NCBI GenBank assembly: GCA_943704425.1
Contig: CALSCP010000031.1
Location: 1-51,801, forward strand
Reading direction: 5' to 3'
DNA: 51,801 bases
DNA from: Ministeria vibrans ATCC 50519
Taxonomy: Eukaryota; Protista; Filasterea
Shown here: piece by piece, positions 42,007-51,801 of the stretch
Position numbering within the stretch: the first letter of the stretch is position 1
Layout of the letters: each line of letters opens with the position of its first letter
Notes under the pieces: model-generated
Told to the model about the DNA's origin: nothing
Databases searched by the model: none
The model's input: only the letters and a program-made list of their open reading frames with translations
Program-made: the position numbers and the translations under genes

Positions 42007-44032
42007 TTACAAAGTGAGAGTCTTAGGGACCTCCCAGGAAAATCCAGGGCGACCAAAGTGGCCGTAGCACGACTACGTAGAACAAGAACGATCAACACGA
42101 GTGAGTACAAAACACACAAAAAACGACCGACAACCCAAGGGCAAAAAGCGTACCGTGGCGGCGTAGATGGGCTTGTCGAGGCCCAGCTCCTTGACAATGG
42201 AGCCCGGACGCAGGTCAAAGTTCTTCTTGATGATCGCCAGGATCTCTGTGTCGGACTTGGTGCCGGTACCGTACGTCTCAACGTGCATCGAGGTGGGTGC
42301 CGCAACGCCAATCGCGTACGAAACTGAAACACGCGTGTTAGACGATACAACGTGACAAGAGGCGCCATTTTTCTTTCTGCCTCCCTCCTCTCTCTCAATT
42401 ACCTTGAACAAGAACACGCTTGCACAGGCCAGCTGCAACGAGGCTCTTGGCGACCCAGCGAGCAGCGTACGCTGCGCTGCGGTCGACCTTGGTGTAGTCC
42501 TTTCCGCTGAAGGCACCGCCGCCGTGAGCACCCCAGCCGCCGTACGTGTCAACGATAATCTTGCGGCCTGTGAGGCCTGCGTCGCCCTGAGGCCCGCCAA
42601 TGACAAAGCGACCGCTCGGCTGAATGTGGTAGATGATCTTGTCGTCGACAAGCTCCTTGGGCAGCGTCGGGATGACGACCTTCTCAAGGACGTCCTTGCG
42701 CAGCTGCTCGGTCGTCACAACGTCGAGGTGCTGTGTCGACACAACGACAGTGTGGATGCGCTGTGGTACAGCCGCACCATCCACCAGCTTGTACTCGACC
42801 GTGACTTGCGTCTTGGTGTCGGGCAGCAGGTAGGGAAGCGTGCCGTCACGACGGCAGTCAGCCAGCTTCTGGTTGAGGTGATGCGACAGGTCAATGGTCA
42901 GCGGCATCATCGACTTGGTCTCGTTCGTCGCATAGCCAAACATAATTCCCTGGTCACCCGCACCGACGTCGTCGTCCGATCGTCCCTCGTGCACTCCCTG
43001 TGCAATGTCGGGGCTCTGTTGCTCCAGCGCCACCAGCAAGTTGAATGTCTTGTAGTCAAAGCTCTTGCTCGAGTCGTCGTAACCAATCTTCTTGACGGCG
43101 TCACGCACAACCTACACCCACGTGTCAGTCTCATAACTCAAACAAGAACAAGAGTAACAAGAACACCCAATGCAACAATACGATGACAAATATATCCTCA
43201 GAAGATGACAAAAATGTCAATAACAATAATAACAGTTACAAGTAATAATTATTATATGATTATACCTTCTGGTAGTCAATGGTCTTGGTCGAGGTGATCT
43301 CGCCAAAGACCAGGACCATTCCAGTCTTGGTGGCAGTCTCACACGCAACCTACACACACACACACACACACATACAGACACACAGGACAACGTGTCAGTC
43401 TCCCATCCCGCTCACTTCAAGTCCCAATGCATTATGTGGTACCTTGGCACGCGGATCAACAGCAAGGAAGGCGTCGAGAACAGCGTCACTGATCTGATCA
43501 GCCATCTTATCTGTGGACACAAGACACAACACGTTATCGAACGAACAAGAAAAAAAAAAAAGTGACTCTTGTGAGTGCAATACAACGACGACGCTCACAT
43601 GTCGACCGACAGACGCAGTACACAACATAGAGCGTGATCGATCCAAAGCACGCCACAGACACACACCAGGAGAGCGCACAGAGACGCCTAGGGAACTTGG
43701 CGCATCATACGCCGCAACGCCCATTGGCTGCCACGCCGCTACGCGTTTCGCTCCATCCGCCGCACAATACACCATTGGAAGCGCGGTGCAAGACGCTGGG
43801 AGAGCAAGGCGACGGCATAGACGCAAAACGACGCGCTGCCACGAGGATCACGTTGCACCCGCCATTCCCACCAAAACCCCACCGTTCGCGTCGCTAGGCG
43901 ACATTTCCACCCAAACCGCCCCTCGTGCACGCCACACACCACACGTACACCCCAAGGAGAGCACGCTCACCGCGAACAGCCGCGCGCGTCAGCCGGATCA
44001 CACCCAGTCACGCAACAATGCGAAAAAAAAAG

Positions 44033-44072
<40 letters not shown>

Positions 44073-44151
44073 GTGCGAGACGAGTCGTACCGGGATGACC
44101 CTCACCGACACTCTCGGAGGTGAACAGGAACGACTCGTTCTCGTTGGACAT
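42007..44151 (-). CDS. MAT: S-adenosylmethionine synthetase (multi-exon)
   Basis: [15 protein letters not shown]; GAGDQG; [21 protein letters not shown]; GGGAFSGKD; YGHFGR. Confidence 0.98.
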
Positions 44152-44312
44152 GGTTTCTTCGGCTTTGTGGGAGATTGGAAGGAAAAAAAGAGGTCGAGCG
44201 GAGTGAGTGTCGCGGTGGCGTTGTGGGTTTCATTCTCTATCTATTCAAGCCCGACCTTTTTTTTTTGCGGATCAACTATAGCAACTTACAAGCCACTTTC
44301 TACAATCACAAC

Positions 44313-45759
44313 TAAGGCTCCAAATTACTATGTAAAGTAAATTGGGTAGTAAATGGTAAATGCGTTTTTACCTATGTAAATTGACTTTCACAACGAATAT
44401 ATTCGAGATTTATTTATCATCTTACTCTGATCCAGATAAAATATCGATAAAATATTTTTACCTTCTCCATTCCCTCCTCTTAGTTCTCTACGCATACCCG
44501 TGCCCTCCCAACTCCCAATATCCTCAACTACCCGAAAGTGAGGAGTGGCAAGACAAGAACAGCGTCCATACAGACAAAAAGAAAACATGTCTGATCGAGA
44601 CCTCGAGAATGACAGTGATAATGACGAGATCGACGCTACCGTAGCGACCGTGAGCTGGCTAGCTCCAACGACTCTGTCGGAAGCGATTCGAGCGACGACG
44701 CCGCCGACGACGATGCCAACGTTGCACCCACTCCCAACTCACCGCCGCTCTCGCTAACAACCTCAAGTATTCCATCTCGTTCTACTTCGACAACGATTTG
44801 GAAAAAGACTGGTCCATGCTCTTGGCCACCATCCTGCACCCACGCAACAGCGGGTACCCTGCAACAGACGACCCAGAGCTCAACCTCGTCGCCAAGTCGA
44901 TTCGTTTCCTACGCTACCGATTCACCCATTTATGGAGCAAAGTGACCGGCCAAGGGCAACCGAGAATGGAGCAAGATGACCCGAAGGAGAAGATACAGGA
45001 GACACACAAGATGATGATCAAGATTCTCTGTGAGGAGACACACCTACAGCTTCTCGTCGACGGGAAGGGACACCTGCCGCGCGAGAAGTGTCCACGAGCG
45101 CATGACAATCAATGGCAATGAAGGGCGTCTGACGACCAAGCGAGCACGGCGTGCACAGGAGAACCAGTCTGATGTCGATGCCTTTATGGCCGTCTCGGAG
45201 GATGAAGAAGAAGAAGAGGAGGAAGCGGAGCTCGACGATGATGAAGGCGACGCCGAAGATGAGGAGCGCAGAGAAGATGCACGTATTCGACGGCTGGCGA
45301 TGCCGACTCTTCTCTCGTGGCTCCGGCGCAAGCCTAAGGTCGGTGACGAGACGTTCCCGTTGGTCGACTACTGGAGAAACGAACCGGACTCTGTTTTGCG
45401 CCGTGTTGTGCGTCGTATCGGTGCTTTCGTTCCGACACAGTGCGGGGTTGAGCGCGTCAACAAGTCCCGAAACAAGCCTGGAAAGGTGACCGTAGCTCAA
45501 TACTGTCATCCGCAACACATTTCTCCACACCAACATCACGTACTACCCACCCAGCGTCCAGCGACTTCAACTGGACCATGTTCGACAATCCAAAGTGATA
45601 AACTATTTTGTAATGATCTACTTCAAATTTACTATGTAAATAAATTGTAAATAAAAATAAAAGCCAATTTATTTTACTCAGTGCCCTTGGGAGGACCCAT
45701 TTACTCATTTATTTTTACTACCCTGGTCAAAACGCTTTACATAGTAATTTGGAGCCTTA
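44313..45759 (+). mobile_element. Non-autonomous (internally deleted) hAT DNA transposon, 1447 bp
   Basis: Perfect 25-bp TIRs TAAGGCTCCAAATTACTATGTAAAG (44313-44337 / 45735-45759); 8-bp TSD ATCACAAC (44305-44312, 45760-45767); subterminal TGTAAA repeats. Confidence 0.95.
44587..45500 (+). pseudogene. hAT transposase remnant (N-terminus joined to C-terminal part including the dimerisation domain), frameshifted
   Basis: LATILHPR (cf. LATxLDPR) and LVDYWRNEPDSVLRRVVRRIGAFVPTQCGVERV (hATC W..L..P..ER motif) lie in different frames. Confidence 0.8.
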
Positions 45760-46007
45760 ATCACAACGACAGTGACCCACTCAGCCCTGAGCCCTCAGAC
45801 AGTCACTAGTCAGCCTATATTCTATAATCTAGATAATTTTTAGACCTTAGTCAAACAGACAAGCTCTCACTTCACACTGTACACTTGACCTTTAAGCCTT
45901 GACGCTTGTATTTTGAGACGTGTTGGATTGATCAAAAGATCAGGAAAAAAATAATAATAATCATTCTTTTTGTCAGAAAATTGATTGTCAGCTGCCCCTC
46001 TCACACC

Positions 46008-49000
46008 ATGGCTGACATTTTCGACGATATTCCTGATGATGTAAGCCACCTTTTGGCTGGCGTGAAATGTGTCAAACGTTTTCAAATTTGAATTTGTTTT
46101 TGACTCTCTCCATTTTCCTCTTTCCCTCGTAGGTTCTGGCGCCGTCAAAGGTGGCCAAGAAGAAGAACACTGCCTCAAAAGCCGCTGCCAAGGCCAGCGT
46201 CGAAGAGACGTACCAGGTAAGCCCAAGTTCGGTTTTTGAATTTTAAAAAAAAAAAAAAAGTTTGACAGGTCTCACTGTGTTTGCAAAAACAACGCATGTC
46301 CCCAGCCTACAACGGCTTGCACCCTGTTTCAACCCGCCGTTTGAATGTGATGCGCTGACGCAGCGTCTTCCTATCGCCATGTCTTGTTTGATTTTTATTT
46401 TGAGCTTTTGTCGTCCTTTTTCAAAATCCCGGCTTTTCCCTCATCTCCACCGTTCACGCTTCTACGCATCGCCTTTATCCCATCCTGGCCCGGTTTATGT
46501 TGGCACGTGCCAATACGCTCTCTTTCCGTCGCGCGGTGTGGGCCAGTCGCTGACATTGGGGGATTCTTGTTGTGTAGCGAGTGACTCAGCGCGAACATGT
46601 TCTGCTTCGACCCGACACGTACATTGGAACGGTGGAGAAGACCACCAAGGAGATGTGGGTGTACGATGAGGATGTGGGTCTTAACTATCGCAAGGTACGC
46701 ACACACATAATATATAACTATAACACACACCAGTTGTTCTATATGAATTGTTATGTCAATCATAATAATTATTATCATTTTGCTTCATGTAGGTCACGTA
46801 CGTTCCGGGCCTTTACAAGATTTTTGATGAGATCCTCGTCAACGCCGCGGACAACAAAGTGGTAGGTCGCAAAACAAGTCGCCATTTGAAACCATCTGAT
46901 CCTCCAAATGCATAGCGCGACTCAACAATGAGCTCCATCAAAATTGTCATCGACTGCGAAAACGCACTCATTTCCGTGTGGAACAACGGCCACGGCATTC
47001 CCGTGGTGATGCACGACAAGGAGAAGATGTACGTGCCCGAGCTTATCTTTGGACATCTCCTCACGGGCTCCAACTACAACGACAACGAGAAGAAGACGAC
47101 GGGCGGTCGCAATGGCTACGGCGCCAAGCTCGCCAACATTCTCAGCACGCGCTTTGTCGTCGAGACGAGCCACAAGGAGAGCGGTCACAAGTTTAAGCAG
47201 GTCTTCCGCAACAACATGGCGGACCGCGACGAGCCGGACGTGAGCCCGTGCACCGGCAGCGACTACACCAAAATCAGCTTCCAACCGGACCTCAAGTACT
47301 TCAAGATGGACCATCTCGACAAGGTACAAAAAGGGAGGAGAGGGAAGGAGAAATAGTGGGGCGTACAGACTGCTAAACATACCTGTCAACCATAGGACAT
47401 GATTGCGATCATGACACGCCGTGCTTACGATCTTGCTGGTGTCGTCGGTGGAGTGTCAGTCTATGTCAACGGAGAAAAGGTAAACACTTGATGTCCACAA
47501 ATTAAATCTCACCCCTTTTTTTTTTTTCGTTTTTTTTCTTTTTTTTTCTTTTCGGTCACAGATCAAGATCAAAAACTTCACCGACTACGTGACAATGTAC
47601 CTGAAGACGCGCGAGGAGCAGACGCCGGTGCTGCACGAGCGCGTCAACGACCGCTGGGAGGTGTGTGTGACAAGCTCATCGGGCGACTTCTCGCAGGTGA
47701 GCTTTGTCAATGCGATTGCGACGACGCGCGGCGGCACGCACGTCAACATGGTCGTCGACCAAATCACGGACAAGCTGGCGGCGCTGGTCAAGCGCAAGAA
47801 CAAGGGCCAGCCGGTCAAGTCAACGCAGATCAAGTCGCACCTGTGGGTCTTTGTCAACAGTCTCATTGAGAACCCAGCCTTTGACACGCAAACCAAGGAG
47901 AACATGACCTTGCGCGCCAAGGCGTTTGGCTCAGACTGCTCGCTCAGCGACAAGTTTCTCAAAGGTGTCGTCAACAGTGGCATCATTCAAAGCATTGTCG
48001 AGCAAGCACAGCAGAAGGCTCAGGTACACACGACGCACTTCTTGACTCATTCGACTTTGGGTTTCTAAATTCTCCTCTCTCTCTCTCTATCTCGTTCTCG
48101 CGCATCTTAGGCTCAACTTGCCAAGACGTGCTCGGGGACAAAGCGTGTGCGCATCACAGGACTGCCCAAGCTGGATGATGCAAACGAGGCGGGTGGACGC
48201 AACTCGGAGAAGTGCACTCTGATTCTGACAGAGGGTGATTCGGCCAAGGCTCTGGCGGTGAGCGGACTCAGTGTGGTGGGGCGCGATTACTACGGTGTTT
48301 TCCCACTGCGTGGCAAGCTGCTCAACGTGCGCGAGGCATCGAACAAGCAGATCATGGACAATGCGGAGGTGCAAGCAATTGTCAAGATCATGGGACTGCA
48401 GTATACCAAAAAGTACGAGTCGGCCAAGGGACTGCGCTACGGTCACCTGATGATCATGGCGGATCAGGACAATGACGGTTCTCACATTAAGGGTCTCCTC
48501 ATCAACCTCATTCAGCACTTTTGGCCGTCCCTCCTGCGTGTTCCGGGCTTCCTTGTTGAATTTGCAACGCCCATTGTCAAGGCAACCAAGGGCAAGAAGG
48601 CACAAACCTTTTTTACGCTTCCCGAGTACAACGAGTGGCGCGACAGCGACGGCAACGGCGGCACTGGCTGGCGCATCAAGTACTACAAGGGTCTGGGCAC
48701 GAGCACGGCGGCCGAGGCCAAGGCATATTTCAGCGACATGGACGCACATCAGCACGCCTTCCAATGGACCGGCCCCCACGACGACGACTCGGTTGACATG
48801 GCGTTTAGCAAGAAGCGCGTCGAGGACCGCAAGGGCTGGCTCCGTGACTTCCGTCCCGGTACCTTCCTCGTAAGTTTCAACATGAATTTTGTACACGACG
48901 TGTTATCCTCACACATCAAACAAACATTCGTCTAATAGGATCACTCTGAGGGTGCCATCACCTACTCGGATTTTATCAACAAGGAACTGGTGCTCTTCTC

Positions 49001-51630
49001 GCTTGCCGACAACGTCCGCTCCATTCCCTCCGTCGTTGATGGCCTCAAACCCGCTCTGCGCAAGGTTACTCCACATATACCATTAATAATTATTCATTCA
49101 TTTCTGACCATCGCATTTCTCTATCACTTTTATATTATTTCTTTAGGTGCTGTATGGTGCATTCAAGCGCAAGCTCAAGGAGGAAATCAAGGTCGCGCAG
49201 CTGGCAGGGTACGTGGCCGAGCACAGTGCGTACCACCACGGCGAGCAGAGCCTGTGCAGCACTATTGTGAACATGGCACAGACATATGTCGGCGCCAACA
49301 ACGTCAACCTGCTGCAGCCCATTGGTCAGTTTGGTACACGTTTGCAGGGCGGCAAAGACGCCGCCAGCGCCCGTTACATCTTCACGAGTTTGGCACCCAT
49401 CACGCGCCTGCTATTTCCCACCGCCGACGACGCCATCCTCAACTATCTTGATGACGACGGCCAGAAGATCGAGCCGGCCTTCTATGCACCTGTCTTGCCG
49501 CTCGTGCTTGTAAATGGCGCCGACGGCATTGGTACCGGCTGGTCCACCTCCGTGCCCAACTTTAACCCACGCGACATTGCCGCACAGCTGCTTGCCATGA
49601 TGGACGGTGCCGAAGCCGAGACGCTTGTCCCCTGGTGGCGCGGGTTTGCCGGAACGGTTTCGCAGCTCACACCAACGCGCTATTCCGTGACGGGCATCAT
49701 CGAGCAAATTGACGACACGACGCTTGTCGTCAGTGAGCTGCCCGTCGGGTCGTGGACGCAGACGTACAAGGAGTTTCTCGAGACACTGATGGCGGGCACG
49801 GACAAGGTGCCGCCGTTCATCAAGGACTTCAAGGAGTACCACACGGATACAACGGTGCGCTTTGTGATCACGCTGAGCGAGGAGAAGATGGCCGAGGCAC
49901 TCAGCACGGGCCTCAACAAAAAGTTCAAGATTGAAACGACGGTGAGCACGACCAACATGGTGCTGTTTGACGCGCAGGGTTGCATTCGCAAGTACGACAC
50001 GGTCCAGGATGTGCTCAGTGAGTTCTACGCAGTGCGTCTGCGGCTGTACCAGGAGCGCAAGGGCTGGCTGTCGGACCTGCTCACGGAGGAGTGGCGTCGC
50101 CTCGACAACAAAGTGCGCTTTGTGCTTGCCGTCGTGTCCGGCGATCTCATCATTCACAACCGCAAGAAGGCCGAGCTTCTGACGGAGCTACGCTCGCGTG
50201 GCTTTGACGAGATGTCCACGACCCAGTCGAAGCGACGTCAGGTCGAGACAGAGACGGACGAGGACGGCACTGTATCGTCGTCGTCTACGACGGGCCTCAG
50301 CTACGACTACCTGCTTGGCATGAAGCTGTGGTCGCTTACTATGGAGAAGGTCGAGGAGCTCAAGCACGAGCGGGACTCTAAAGAAGCCGAGCTCAACCTG
50401 CTGCTGCAGACGAGCCCAACACAGCTGTGGCGCAAGGACATTGAGGTGTTCCTCGATGAGCTGGAGAAGTACGAGGAGGCTCTGCGACTGGCCGAGGAGG
50501 AGGGCGCCAAGCAGGCACGCAAGGGTGGAAAGGGCGGCAAGGCTCGCGCTATCAAGAAAAAGAAGAAGTCGGCGGAGAGTGACGACGACGATGACGATTT
50601 TATGGATGAGGATGAGGACGACTGGGCACCCAAGGCCAAGAAAAAGTCCTCGACAACCACCACCACCACCACCACTTCAACCAAGAGCAAAGCGAAGGCA
50701 ACAACTGTACCAACTGTCAAGGCTGTCGCCGCCAAGAAGTCCACGTCAGTGGCCGTCAAGGCAACCAAGATGAGCATTGACGACGACGACGACGACGACG
50801 AGCCCATGTCGCTGGCGGACCGCATTGCCGCGCGCAAGGCAGCCGACACGAACACAGTCAGCATCAAATCGACTACGGCTGCAGCCAAGAAGACGGCAGT
50901 GGTGCGTCCTCGCAGTCCCACGGCATCCCCCTCCGTCAACGACAAACTTAAGGCACCCGAGACCAAGCGTAAGCGCTACAACATTGACGAAATTGCCGAC
51001 GCACTGTCGGAGCTTGAGTTTGGCAACGACGACGAGGAAAACGATGACTACGTGGCGCCGGCGAAGAAGGCGACCGCGACAAAGAAGGCAACTGCGGCTG
51101 GGTCTAAGAAGAGCAAGAAGAAGACAGTGGTGGTCGACTCGGAGGAGGAGGACGACGACGACGACGCTGTTCTGCTGCTGGGCGACGACAGTGACGACGA
51201 CGATGCATTTCAGCCCACCAAGAAGAAGAGTGCGCCTGTCAAGAAGGCAGCAGCGAGCAAGGCCGCGCCGGCTCCGAAGAAGGCAGCGCCTGTTGCGAAG
51301 AAGACCGCTGCGGCGACCAAGAAGAGCAAAGTGGTGGAGGAATCGAGCATGTCTGTGTTCCAGAGCACTACCATGAAGAAGAAGGTCGCGCCCAAGAAGA
51401 GCAAGAAGCGCGAGGACAGTGATGATGATGGCGACGACGACATGTTCTTCCTGTCGGACAGTGAAGTGGTAGAGGCTGTGACGCCCGCTGTGAAGAAGCG
51501 CGGACGCCGTGAGATCAAGCAGATCAAGTACACAGTGGAGGACGATGACGAAGATGATGACGAGGAGGAGGAGGAGGAGAGTGAGGATGATTTTGAGGAG
51601 GATGATGACTTTGATGAAGATGACTTTTAG
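46008..51630 (+). CDS. TOP2: DNA topoisomerase II (multi-exon; long acidic/Lys-rich tail)
   Basis: EHVLLRPDTYIG; GGRNGYGAKL; TEGDSA; PLRGK; IMADQDNDGSHIKG; YYKGLGTS; AASARYIFT (catalytic Tyr). Confidence 0.98.
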
Positions 51631-51691
51631 AGTGAGAGAGCGCACACATACGTGTGATACATATCAACTGAAGACATTTGGAATATATGAA

Positions 51692-51801
51692 AAGAAATAA
51701 AATAAAAAAGGAGTGAGTTTTAAAAAACTACCGAGTCAAGCATGGCAGTGAGAGTCTGGACAATGTTAAGAAATAAAATAAAACAGGAGTGAGTTTTAAA
51801 A
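51692..51801 (+). repeat. 34-bp direct repeat (76-bp period) downstream of TOP2
   Basis: aagaaataaaataaaa(a/c)aggagtgagttttaaaa at 51692-51725 and 51768-51801. Confidence 0.8.

Noticed and set aside
44311-45761. Tc1/mariner (TA TSD) or PIF/Harbinger interpretation of the TIR element
   Set aside because: The 8-bp TSD and hAT dimerisation motif fit hAT better

Overview
Gene-dense eukaryotic (protist) DNA with short GT-AG introns of about 45-100 nt. The organism is probably flagellated (IFT46) and holozoan-like (animal non-muscle-type myosin II tail). The left end looks like a chromosome end. Two short (CCCTAA)n blocks (658-677, 941-971) flank or abut a 5'-truncated RNase H-encoding retroelement (1-657, minus strand, absent from the ORF track) and a second short insert. 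A ~6.8 kb subtelomeric accessory zone follows (972-7800): a telomere-truncated gene, an asteroid/PIN nuclease, a frameshifted membrane-protein gene and a Crinkler-like REase+kinase gene. The most unusual signal is that genes in this zone are broken by small reciprocal inversions bounded by 4-6 bp inverted microhomologies. Flipping 7380-7630 back restores a fully spliceable open REase-kinase gene; 3077-3154 and, less securely, 1406-1858 behave similarly. From ~8 kb the window is housekeeping: DUF2009, DPH7, TPR/2OG-oxygenase, syntaxin-8-like, beta-trefoil/PGY protein, SLC35C2-like, UBE2Q-like E2 with PBZ finger, DHX57-like, myosin II, IFT46 with a CUE-like extension, PP1 inhibitor-3, JmjC, WS/DGAT, CYB5R4, SAM synthetase and TOP2. 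A non-autonomous hAT transposon (25-bp TIRs, 8-bp TSD) sits in the divergent MAT/TOP2 promoter. All assignments are from manual motif recognition; no database searches were run.
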